Below are positions 56,173 to 63,929 of a stretch of 64,000 nucleotides of DNA, piece after piece. The notes beneath the pieces are model-generated. The model was given only the letters and a program-made list of their open reading frames with translations. It was not told the origin of the DNA and made no database searches. Within the stretch, counting starts at the first letter, position 1; every line of letters starts with the position of its first letter. The stretch comes from Candidatus Wildermuthbacteria bacterium (GTDB lineage: Bacteria; Patescibacteriota; Minisyncoccia; Minisyncoccales; UBA10102): NCBI GenBank assembly GCA_016181405.1, contig JACOZJ010000003.1, positions 42,749-106,748 of the forward strand, read 5' to 3'. The position numbers and the translations under genes are program-made.

Positions 56173-56200
56173 TTGACACTATTTTTTGATCGTGTATACT
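56173..56200 (+). promoter_or_regulatory. Consensus promoter TTGACA-N16-TATACT
   Basis: Read directly from the sequence. Confidence 0.6.
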
Positions 56201-56206
56201 CAATCG

Positions 56207-56342
56207 TACATAAATATGAACTCACGCTATCTTTTCTGCATGTGTCTTTGTGCCAGCCCAGAGAAGAGTCTGCGTGTTTCGCGTTAAGACATTTTGTTAT
56301 TTGAAACCAGCCAGCCTCTTCTCTTCAGGGGCTGGTTTTTTG
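56207..56342 (+). ncRNA. Candidate ~135-nt sRNA bracketed by a consensus promoter and a strong terminator (contains an SD-less 23-codon ORF)
   Basis: Promoter at 56173-56200. Terminator aaccagcc...ggctggtt plus TTTTT at 56305-56342. Confidence 0.4.
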
Positions 56343-56419
56343 TAGCTTGGCAGAGACTCAAAACCCATTGTGCGTCTCTGCCAGGAAACAATCCTGGAAT
56401 ACAGAAAGGAGAAAGGGAA

Positions 56420-56740
56420 ATGGCCAGAATAATAGGAGTGTTTGAAGGCCCAACTTCCCTACAGGAAGTCTTCGGCAGAAACGTGCCGAACAGAAGGTCT
56501 TTTGAATCGTACGAAGACCTTCTCAAAGCCCTCAAGGAGGGGCTGCTTGACGGCATCGTCATACCGGAGAATCTCGTCAGCAGAACTTTCGTGGCAGCGC
56601 AAATGGGGTTGATACAGTGCGTGCGTGGATTCGCGTATATCAAGCCGTCGCTCGAGATACGGGTCCGCCGCGCGCGAAGCCGCATGCACGAACGCCGCGC
56701 TTGGCGAGAGTATACGCCGCCCCGGCGCCTTCCCTGTTAA
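56420..56740 (+). CDS. Hypothetical 106-aa protein resembling the N-terminal part of a prephenate-dehydratase or periplasmic-binding-protein type-2 fold (fragment?)
   Basis: AAAGGAGAAAGGG SD; MARIIGVFEGPTSLQEVF...SFESYEDLLKALKEGLLDGIVIPENLVS... Confidence 0.45.
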   Translation: MARIIGVFEGPTSLQEVFGRNVPNRRSFESYEDLLKALKEGLLDGIVIPENLVSRTFVAAQMGLIQCVRGFAYIKPSLEIRVRRARSRMHERRAWREYTPPRRLPC

Positions 56741-56759
56741 CCTGCACCTTACAACGTAG

Positions 56760-56792
56760 AAGCCCCGCCTTTATGGCAGGGGCTTTCTTTTT
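56760..56792 (+). terminator. Intrinsic terminator aagccccgcc-tttat-ggcaggggctt plus TTCTTTTT
   Basis: GC stem with one bulged A, followed by a T-run. Confidence 0.65.
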
Positions 56793-56796
56793 GGGG

Positions 56797-56825
56797 TTGA
56801 CAAACCCGAGAGACAGAAATAACAT
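56797..56825 (+). promoter_or_regulatory. Promoter TTGACA-N17-TAACAT upstream of khpA
   Basis: Read directly from the sequence. Confidence 0.5.
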
Positions 56826-56869
56826 AAAGAAAAGTCGAATAGCAGAAAGTTACAGAATTCAGAATTCAA

Positions 56870-57178
56870 ATGGCAGAAGAGACACCTCAGTACCAAGCAT
56901 TGCTCGAGTATATCGTGAAATCCTTGGTGGACAATCCGAACGACGTAACGGTAGAACGCAAAGTAGATGAAATGGGCGTACTGCTTTCTTTGAAAGTGCA
57001 CGCTCAAGACATGGGTCAAATAGTCGGCCGACAGGGTTCTACCGCGCGAGCAATTCGCACATTGGTTCGCATCGCGGGCCTCAAAGCTCACGCACGGGTA
57101 AACCTCAAGATTGAAGAGCCAGAAGGCGGCCGCGGCCCCCGAAAGAGCGAAGAACCTCTTGCGGGGTTGAACATCTAA
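56870..57178 (+). CDS. khpA: KH-domain RNA-binding protein (KhpA/YlqC, UPF0109)
   Basis: ...LLEYIVKSLVDNPNDVTVERKVDEMGVLLSLKVHAQDMGQIVGRQGSTARAIRTLV... Confidence 0.88.
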   Translation: MAEETPQYQALLEYIVKSLVDNPNDVTVERKVDEMGVLLSLKVHAQDMGQIVGRQGSTARAIRTLVRIAGLKAHARVNLKIEEPEGGRGPRKSEEPLAGLNI

Positions 57179-57243
57179 ACGAAAATTAGAACTTGAAATC
57201 TGCAAGAACGGTGTTACGATAGGGTAATGCCGTTTTTGTTTAT

Positions 57244-57945
57244 ATGAAATTCGATATCATCACCATATTTCCGCAAATTTTTGATTCCTATTTTGCCGAG
57301 TCACTTTTGAAACGCGCCCAAGAAAAAAAACTTCTTGAGATTCGCGTACACAATCTGCGCGATTGGACCGAAGACTCCCACAAAACAGTGGACGACAGCC
57401 CATTCGGCGGGGGATTGGGAATGGTAATGAAAATTGAGCCGATCTACAAGGCCGTAATAGGCCTAAAGTCTCAAGGATCAAACTCCAAGGCCCAAGCAAA
57501 CCCTAAGTTTCCAAACCTCAAACAACGCGTTATCCTTTTCACGCCGAGGGGAAAGAAATTTACGCAACGAAAGGCGCACGAATATGCAAAGCTCGACCAA
57601 CTTATTATGATCTGCGGCCGATACGAGGGAGTCGATGAGAGAGTAGGGAAGTATATTGCAGACGAGCAACTCTCTATAGGGGATTATGACTTAATGGGTG
57701 GGGAGCTTCCTGCAATGATTGTAGTGGAAACTGTTTCGCGCTTAATTCCCGGCGTTATTGGCAAAGAAGAATTTCTGAAAGAGCATATAAAAGATGGGGG
57801 ATTTATAGAATATCCACAGTACACGCGGCCTGAAGTATTTGTGGATGCAAAAAGGAAAAAACGAACTGTACCACAAGTATTGCTATCCGGAAATCACAAA
57901 AAAATTGAAGAGTGGCGGCAAAGACACGAAAAGCTCATCAAATGA
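57244..57945 (+). CDS. trmD: tRNA (guanine37-N1)-methyltransferase
   Basis: MKFDIITIFPQIFDSYF...DDSPFGGGLGMVMK...CGRYEGVDERV... Confidence 0.93.
   Translation: MKFDIITIFPQIFDSYFAESLLKRAQEKKLLEIRVHNLRDWTEDSHKTVDDSPFGGGLGMVMKIEPIYKAVIGLKSQGSNSKAQANPKFPNLKQRVILFTPRGKKFTQRKAHEYAKLDQLIMICGRYEGVDERVGKYIADEQLSIGDYDLMGGELPAMIVVETVSRLIPGVIGKEEFLKEHIKDGGFIEYPQYTRPEVFVDAKRKKRTVPQVLLSGNHKKIEEWRQRHEKLIK
57464..57525. repeat. Possible degenerate family-B-like insertion in trmD (encodes KSQGSNSKAQANPKFPNLKQ)
   Basis: Extra loop relative to the usual TrmD ...AV....VILLSP... spacing. The peptide resembles the thrS insert. DNA similarity is weak. Confidence 0.35.
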
Positions 57946-57986
57946 TTGAAAAATGCGGGAAAACGTGGTAGGATATGCGAGGTAAA

Positions 57987-58069
57987 GCGTGGATGGCAGA
58001 GCGGTCAATTGCATGTGGCTGTAAACCACACGCCTTCGGGCTACGGGGGTTCGAATCCCTCTCCACGCA
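57987..58069 (+). tRNA. tRNA-Tyr (GUA) with long variable arm, CCA not encoded
   Basis: Acceptor GCGUGGA/UCCACGC-A, anticodon loop CUGUAAA, 14-nt variable arm, T-loop UUCGAAU. Confidence 0.9.
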
Positions 58070-58162
58070 CAAAAAGGGACCCATAGGACCCGGGCAATTC
58101 TTACGTCCGCCAACTGGCGGATCCGCCTAAATTGCCCCTTAAAGCAAAACAGTTTGCTTCAA

Positions 58163-58235
58163 GCCAATGTAGCTCAGTCGGCAGAGCAACTCCATGGTAA
58201 GGAGTAGGTCGCCGGTTCGATTCCGGCCATTGGCT
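58163..58235 (+). tRNA. tRNA-Thr (GGU)
   Basis: Acceptor GCCAAUG/CAUUGGC-U, anticodon loop AUGGUAA, T-arm GCCGG-UUCGAUU-CCGGC. Confidence 0.9.
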
Positions 58236-58262
58236 CAATATAAATAAGTTTAATAACACAGT

Positions 58263-58427
58263 ATGGCAGCAAAGAAAAAGCCATTTATCAAATTTCAGTG
58301 CGCCTCGTGCAAGGAGGTCAATTACTTTATCAAAAAGTCAAAGGAGAAGGCCGAAACAAAGCTGGAATTGAAGAAATTTTGCAGGAACTGCAGGAAACGC
58401 ACCGCGCACAAAGAAACAAAGAAGTAA
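58263..58427 (+). CDS. rpmG: 50S ribosomal protein L33
   Basis: Translated by hand: MAAKKKPFIKFQCASCKEVNYFIKKSKEKAETKLELKKFCRNCRKRTAHKETKK. Confidence 0.9.
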   Translation: MAAKKKPFIKFQCASCKEVNYFIKKSKEKAETKLELKKFCRNCRKRTAHKETKK

Positions 58428-58465
58428 CCGCAATAGTCTACCCTGCCAGTCGCAGAGCAGATTAG

Positions 58466-58539
58466 AGGGGTGTGGTGAAGTGGTATCACGGAGGTCTCCA
58501 AAACCTTCGTCGGGGGTTCGATTCCCTCCACCCCTGCCA
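58466..58539 (+). tRNA. tRNA-Trp (CCA anticodon), 3' CCA encoded
   Basis: Acceptor AGGGGUG/CACCCCU-G-CCA, anticodon loop CUCCAAA. Confidence 0.9.
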
Positions 58540-58546
58540 CCGACGT

Positions 58547-59113
58547 ATGGCTACACTTTCCATAGTTATCTATCCCGCAAAAATCCTCAGACAAGAGGCG
58601 GTAGAAGTTTCGCCAATTACTTCCGAGATCAAACGCCTCATCCCACAGATGATCGAAACGATGTACGGAAGTCAGGGCATTGGGCTCGCCGCTCCCCAAG
58701 TTGGCATATCAAAGAAACTTATTATCGTAGAAACTTCTGATGACCCGCGCGCTACCGTACGAGAAACGACCCGACACATACGTGGCAAACCCGCCTTGCC
58801 GAATCGAGGCAGGCCTCTTGCGTTTTTGAATCCGGTTATTGTAAAAAAATCAAAGGAAACAGCCATCGATGAAGAAGGATGCTTAAGTCTTCCGGGAATT
58901 TTTGTTCCGGTAAAACGAGCTGAATCCATAGAAATTCTCTGCCAAACAGCAGACGGCTCGAAGGTAAGGGTTGAAGCCGGAGGCCTTACTGCCAGAATTT
59001 TTCAGCATGAAATTGATCACCTCAACGGGAAGCTTATTATAAACCACCTTGATCCGCTTAAGAAACTCAAGGTTCGTCGCCAACTCAAAGAACTCGTTCA
59101 CAAAACGAGATGA
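58547..59113 (+). CDS. def: Peptide deformylase
   Basis: ...GIGLAAPQVG...EGCLSLPG...QHEIDHLNG... The ATG is 8 nt after the tRNA-Trp CCA. Confidence 0.92.
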   Translation: MATLSIVIYPAKILRQEAVEVSPITSEIKRLIPQMIETMYGSQGIGLAAPQVGISKKLIIVETSDDPRATVRETTRHIRGKPALPNRGRPLAFLNPVIVKKSKETAIDEEGCLSLPGIFVPVKRAESIEILCQTADGSKVRVEAGGLTARIFQHEIDHLNGKLIINHLDPLKKLKVRRQLKELVHKTR

Positions 59114-60156
59114 AGATACCATTACTCTTTTACGAACTCGTCTTAACCTTCGCCGCGATAGTTGCGGTTTTTGGGTTTGTCCATATTTTCCTCCCCGTTG
59201 ACCCTGCCAACTCCAACCCAATCGTCTTTCGAGTTGAAAGTGGGGAGGGAAGCTATGAGACAGCTTTCAACCTTGAGAAGGCGAATCTTATTCGCTCGCG
59301 CGCCAGCTTCTTTCTGTATGTCATAGTAACCGGCCAGGCTCAAAAACTTCAAAGCGGCGACTATCTTCTCGCGCCTGGCATGAATGCCTACACGATTATT
59401 CGCGCACTGGCGAGTGGCGATATTATACGAGAATACATAACCATCAAAGAAGGATGGAACCTGCGCGATATTGCGACTGAATTTGAGAAACGTGGCTTCT
59501 TTACCCAGGAGGAATTCTTTGCGGTTACCGGATATCCTACAGTTGATTATCGCGAAAAAACCGCCCTACCCCGGCCAAGAGATTTTTCTCATGAGTTTGC
59601 TTTTTTGCGGGACAAACCGCTCTATGTAAGCCTCGAGGGTTACATTTTCCCGGACACCTACCAAGTCACCGCAAACGAAACAGCCGAAACTTTTGTGCGC
59701 CACGCGCTCCGGAATTTTGGAGCCAACCTCACGCCCGAACTTCTCTACAAAATTGAGGCCCAAGGGAAAAGCATATACGAAGTAGTAACTTGGGCCGCAA
59801 TGATTGAAAAGGAGGTACGAAACTTTGAAGACAAGCAACTTGTGGCAGGACTTCTGCAAAAGCGCCTGGAAGAAGGCATGCGCCTGCAAACAGATTCTCC
59901 CATAGTGTATATTCGCGATGGAAACTATTACAAAGTTTCCATCGAGGAGACACAAATAGAATCGCCCTACAACACATACCGCATATATGGCCTGCCCCTA
60001 GGCCCCATTTCAAACCCGGGGATAGAAAGCATTCGAGCCGCAGTGGAACCGGTCGCAAGCCCTTACTGGTATTACCTTTCTGCGCGCGGCGGCGCAACCA
60101 TTTTTTCCCGCACGTTCGCAGAACACCTCGCCGCCAAAGCACTCTACTTGCGATAG
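59110..60156 (+). CDS. mltG: Endolytic murein transglycosylase MltG (YceG-like)
   Basis: N-terminal TM segment; ...LEGYIFPDTYQV...SPYNTYRIYGLPLGPISNPG... Confidence 0.88.
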   Translation: MKIPLLFYELVLTFAAIVAVFGFVHIFLPVDPANSNPIVFRVESGEGSYETAFNLEKANLIRSRASFFLYVIVTGQAQKLQSGDYLLAPGMNAYTIIRALASGDIIREYITIKEGWNLRDIATEFEKRGFFTQEEFFAVTGYPTVDYREKTALPRPRDFSHEFAFLRDKPLYVSLEGYIFPDTYQVTANETAETFVRHALRNFGANLTPELLYKIEAQGKSIYEVVTWAAMIEKEVRNFEDKQLVAGLLQKRLEEGMRLQTDSPIVYIRDGNYYKVSIEETQIESPYNTYRIYGLPLGPISNPGIESIRAAVEPVASPYWYYLSARGGATIFSRTFAEHLAAKALYLR

Positions 60157-60159
60157 AAC

Positions 60160-60188
60160 TTTACAACCACCCCCATAAATGCTATAGT
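60160..60188 (+). promoter_or_regulatory. Promoter TTTACA-N17-TATAGT
   Basis: Read directly from the sequence, 4 nt after the mltG stop. Confidence 0.5.
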
Positions 60189-60256
60189 ATTGTATCCTTG
60201 GGATGATCTCAAGGGAAGCTCTTTCACAATCCAATCCTGGAAGGAGAACAGCACGC

Positions 60257-60535
60257 ATGCGGACCGCAGAAGAAATCACAATGCGCTCCAAACCCATCCT
60301 TGATCAACCGGACATTGTCTCGCTGGTTGAGAAGAGTAGCAGTCCCACGGCGGTCTATGACATGGTTATGGACGCCACGGGAAATGACGAAACCGCGAAA
60401 GCAGCTCGTTGGCTCGGGGTGTTGCGTAGGGATTATCCCGATCGTTACGTTGAGCTTATCCGCAGCACGACCCATCATGTTCCGGAGAATACGATGAAGA
60501 AAGAAGATGATGATGAAACTACTGAATTCTGCTGA
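60257..60535 (+). CDS. Hypothetical acidic protein (92 aa)
   Basis: GGAAGGAG SD. The 3' end overlaps the ATGATGATG start of the next gene by 29 nt. Confidence 0.5.
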   Translation: MRTAEEITMRSKPILDQPDIVSLVEKSSSPTAVYDMVMDATGNDETAKAARWLGVLRRDYPDRYVELIRSTTHHVPENTMKKEDDDETTEFC

Positions 60536-61835
60536 ACTCTTGAGTTACGTTGCAAGCGGAACTCGGGTTGAATTCTGCGGTTGGGTGAAAGCCCGACGCA
60601 AATACAAAGAAATCGTTTTCTTGGATGTTTGCGATTCCGCAGGAGTAGTCCAGGTCGTGATCGATAAAACCAATGAAGAATTGTTCGAACTGGCAAGACA
60701 GATCAACCAGGAAACGGCAGTAAAGATTGCTGGAATCCTCACGGAGACTGGACGACCCAGTCCCCCAAAGGAAATTTGTGTTCAGGAGATCGAAATCCTC
60801 GGCGCTAGCACAATAAACGTGTCGCCCTATCCACGTTCAAACATTGATATTTTTGATCCAAGGCTTCAAGAACAGCTTTTGGAGAATCGACATTTCTATC
60901 TTCGCAATGAAAAGATTGCGGCGATTCTGAAATTCCGGTACATGCTCACGCGGATCGTGCATCAATGGTTCTATGAGAATGGATTCATCGAGATTCACGC
61001 TCCCGTGCTTACTCCTACTCCATTGTACGATGATAGTACTGCGATCGGGCTTACGGTGCATGAACAGGAGGTGTATCTTACGCAATGCGTTGGATTCTAT
61101 CTTGAACAAGCAGTCCACGCCTTCGAAAAAATCTACAACATCGGCCCCAGCTTCAGAGCCGAAGAGAGTCGCTCCAAAAGACATCTCATGGAGTACTGGC
61201 ATGTCAAGGCCGAGCTGGCGTTCGTGGATTTCGAGGACATGGTTGCAACAGTGGAACGGTTCATCCGAGACGTTAGTGAACAAAGCATCCGTCAAGGAAA
61301 CGAGTTTACCCGTGTTATTGGCACTGAAATGTGCCGTGACGGACTGAAAACTCCGTTTCCGCGTATTGACTACGGGGAGGCGATAGATTGGCTCAAGAAA
61401 CAAGGATCTGATATCGAGTTTGGTAAAAGTTTGGGCTCCGATGAGGAATCCTTGCTTAGCAATCGATTCGGCGAAACTCCGTTTTGGGTTGTTAGTATTC
61501 CGCGTTCCATCGAACCTTTTCCGTATGTGCTTAATCCGAACGATCCTCGTTGTACGAAGACAGCTGACTTGATCGCAAGTAGGGGGTTCGGTGAACTTCT
61601 CGGAGTTGCAGAGAAAATTCATACTCTCCCCATGCTTGACGAACGTCTCCAGGAAAAAGGGAAAGGCGACGACCCGCGCTATGAATGGCTGCGGGAATTA
61701 CGTCAGTATGGTTGTGTGCCTCATGGCGGATTCGGTATGGGACTGGAACGACTCATTCGTTGGTTTTTGCAGATTCCGCATGTAAGGGACACCATTCCTT
61801 TCCATCGAGCGTTCGGCAGAAGGATTAACCCCTGA
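60507..61835 (+). CDS. asnS: Asparaginyl-tRNA synthetase (class IIb)
   Basis: N-terminal OB-fold (VEFCGWVKARRKYKEIVFLDV...). Motif 2 FRAEESRSKRHLMEYWHVKAELAF. Motif 3 GGFGMGLERLIRW. An alternative TTG start lies at 60540. Confidence 0.8.
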   Translation: MMMKLLNSAELLSYVASGTRVEFCGWVKARRKYKEIVFLDVCDSAGVVQVVIDKTNEELFELARQINQETAVKIAGILTETGRPSPPKEICVQEIEILGASTINVSPYPRSNIDIFDPRLQEQLLENRHFYLRNEKIAAILKFRYMLTRIVHQWFYENGFIEIHAPVLTPTPLYDDSTAIGLTVHEQEVYLTQCVGFYLEQAVHAFEKIYNIGPSFRAEESRSKRHLMEYWHVKAELAFVDFEDMVATVERFIRDVSEQSIRQGNEFTRVIGTEMCRDGLKTPFPRIDYGEAIDWLKKQGSDIEFGKSLGSDEESLLSNRFGETPFWVVSIPRSIEPFPYVLNPNDPRCTKTADLIASRGFGELLGVAEKIHTLPMLDERLQEKGKGDDPRYEWLRELRQYGCVPHGGFGMGLERLIRWFLQIPHVRDTIPFHRAFGRRINP

Positions 61836-61888
61836 AACCTCTTATACACCAAACCAAATAAGGCAAAGCGCAGTGAAAGGAGAAAGTA

Positions 61889-63196
61889 ATGGAACGAACT
61901 TTGATCAAAGAACTCGGATCTAAGGATGGTGAAACCATTCGGATCTGCGGATGGGTAGAAGTCATCCGTGACCAAAAGCGAATGCAGTTTCTCATCGTCC
62001 GTGACCACACCGGCAGCGTCCAGGTGATCCATGACAAGTCGGCGAACTCTGAGCTGACGGCAATCATTGGTGGCCTTACTTCCGAAAGCGCCGTCGAAAT
62101 TACGGGCAGAGTCATTCTGAACCCAATGGTCAAGCTGGGCGGTCTGGAAGTGGAGGCTAAATCGGTATCCGTCGTCAATAAGGCGGACTCTCTGTTGCCG
62201 CTTGGCGATAACCCAAGCAGCGATACCCGACTGGACTGGAGATTCTTGGATCTGCGATCTCCACGAAACCTGTTGGTCTTCAAGATCCAGACCCTGGCTG
62301 AACACGCCATGCGTTCGTTCTGGAAATCGGAGGGATTCATCGAAATCCATTCTCCGAAGTTCATGGGCAGCGCGAGCGAATCGGGCGCGGAGCTCTTCGA
62401 AGTGAAGTACTTCGATCGTAAGGCGTATCTCGCTCAGTCGCCGCAGTTCTACAAGCAAATGGGGATGGCGGCTGGTTTCGACCGCGTGTTCGAGATTGGC
62501 CCTGTGTTCCGCGCAAACCCCTCATTCACGTCTCGCCACGACACCGAGTTCACGAGCGTTGACGTCGAAATCTCGTGGATTGACTCCCACGAGGACGTCA
62601 TGCAGCTTGAAGAGCGTTGGCTTCGCCACGTGCTTCAGGCGGTGAAAGCCGAGTACGGCGAGAAGGTCAAGGCGATGTTTGGCACGGAGATCATGGTTCC
62701 CGAGCTTCCGTTTCCGCGCGTGACAATGGCCGAGGCGTACGAAATCCTCGACCAGATAGGTCATCATATCGAGCGGGGCGAAAAGGGCGACCTCGATCCA
62801 GAGGGTGAACGGCTTTTGTGTCGGCACTTTCATGAGAAGACCGGCCATGAGTTCGTTTTCGTCACGGAGTATCCCTCGGTGGTCCGGGCGTTCTACCACA
62901 TGCGTCCCGAAGGCAAACCCCATCTCACCAAGAGCTTCGACCTTCTCTGGAAGGGGCTTGAAGTGACGACGGGGGCGCAACGGGAGCATCGCTACGAGAT
63001 CCTGGTGGAGCAAGCCAAGGAGAAGGGACTCTCGCTTGAGCCCATCCAGTACTATCTGGATTTCTTCCGCTACGGCTGCCCACCTCATGGCGGCTACGGC
63101 TTCGGCCTTACCCGCATGCTCATGGTGATGCTGGGTGCGAAAAGCGTGCGCGAAGTGACGTACCTCTATCGAGGCGTCAACCGACTCACTCCGTAA
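61889..63196 (+). CDS. aspS: Aspartyl-tRNA synthetase, archaeal/eukaryal-type short form
   Basis: ...IRICGWVEVIRDQKRMQFLIVRD...QSPQFYKQM...FRANPSFTSRHDTEFTSVDVE...GGYGFGLTRMLM... Confidence 0.85.
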   Translation: MERTLIKELGSKDGETIRICGWVEVIRDQKRMQFLIVRDHTGSVQVIHDKSANSELTAIIGGLTSESAVEITGRVILNPMVKLGGLEVEAKSVSVVNKADSLLPLGDNPSSDTRLDWRFLDLRSPRNLLVFKIQTLAEHAMRSFWKSEGFIEIHSPKFMGSASESGAELFEVKYFDRKAYLAQSPQFYKQMGMAAGFDRVFEIGPVFRANPSFTSRHDTEFTSVDVEISWIDSHEDVMQLEERWLRHVLQAVKAEYGEKVKAMFGTEIMVPELPFPRVTMAEAYEILDQIGHHIERGEKGDLDPEGERLLCRHFHEKTGHEFVFVTEYPSVVRAFYHMRPEGKPHLTKSFDLLWKGLEVTTGAQREHRYEILVEQAKEKGLSLEPIQYYLDFFRYGCPPHGGYGFGLTRMLMVMLGAKSVREVTYLYRGVNRLTP

Positions 63197-63215
63197 CTTG
63201 GAAGCAAAGAAACCC

Positions 63216-63250
63216 GGTGGCTGAGATGCACAATGTGCATCTCAGCCACC
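63216..63250 (+). terminator. Perfect 16-bp hairpin ggtggctgagatgcac-aat-gtgcatctcagccacc after aspS (no T-run)
   Basis: Read directly from the sequence. Confidence 0.5.
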
Positions 63251-63287
63251 CCTATATCACATCTCATTAGGAAGGAGGACGAGCCAC

Positions 63288-63929
63288 ATGAACTGGGATG
63301 ATCTCTACAAGGACCCGAGGTTCTGTCTAAAGAATCCGGCGGAGGAAGTGGTGAAAATTGTACCTATCCTCCAATCACGCGGAACCAAGCGGATACTCGA
63401 TCTTGGATTTGGTGCCGGACGTCACATCATCTATCTCGCAAAGCTGGGATTTACGATGTACGGAACCGACTTATCCAAGAGAGGTGAGCAAATCACGAAA
63501 GAGTGGCTTGAACAAGAGAAACTTCAAGCTAAACTCGTGATGAGCGACATGACAGTGATCCCTTATCCGGATGATTTCTTCGACGCCTGCATCTGTCGAG
63601 GAGTCATTACTCACAATGTCGTAAATGGCATACGTACCTGTATCACGGAGATGCATCGTACGTTGTCGCCGGGAGGAGTTGTTATGTGCACATTCATCTC
63701 CCGCGAAAGTTCCGAGTACCGAAAAGGCGAAGAGGTAGAACCGCACACTTTTGCTCCCGATGAGGGAATCGAAGCTGGCGTGCCTCATCACTTTGTAGAT
63801 GAAGAAGAGGCGCGCTCACTCATGCAGTGCTTCAAAACCATCGAGGTTTACCATATGAAACACGGTGGCCTGATTGATATGGGAACCCCCTACGTCTCTG
63901 CGCATTGGGTGTTTCTGGGAGAGAAGTAG
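63288..63929 (+). CDS. Class I SAM-dependent methyltransferase
   Basis: ...ILDLGFGAGRHIIYLAKLGFTMYGTDLS... (motif I) ...LSPGGVVMCTF... Confidence 0.8.
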   Translation: MNWDDLYKDPRFCLKNPAEEVVKIVPILQSRGTKRILDLGFGAGRHIIYLAKLGFTMYGTDLSKRGEQITKEWLEQEKLQAKLVMSDMTVIPYPDDFFDACICRGVITHNVVNGIRTCITEMHRTLSPGGVVMCTFISRESSEYRKGEEVEPHTFAPDEGIEAGVPHHFVDEEEARSLMQCFKTIEVYHMKHGGLIDMGTPYVSAHWVFLGEK

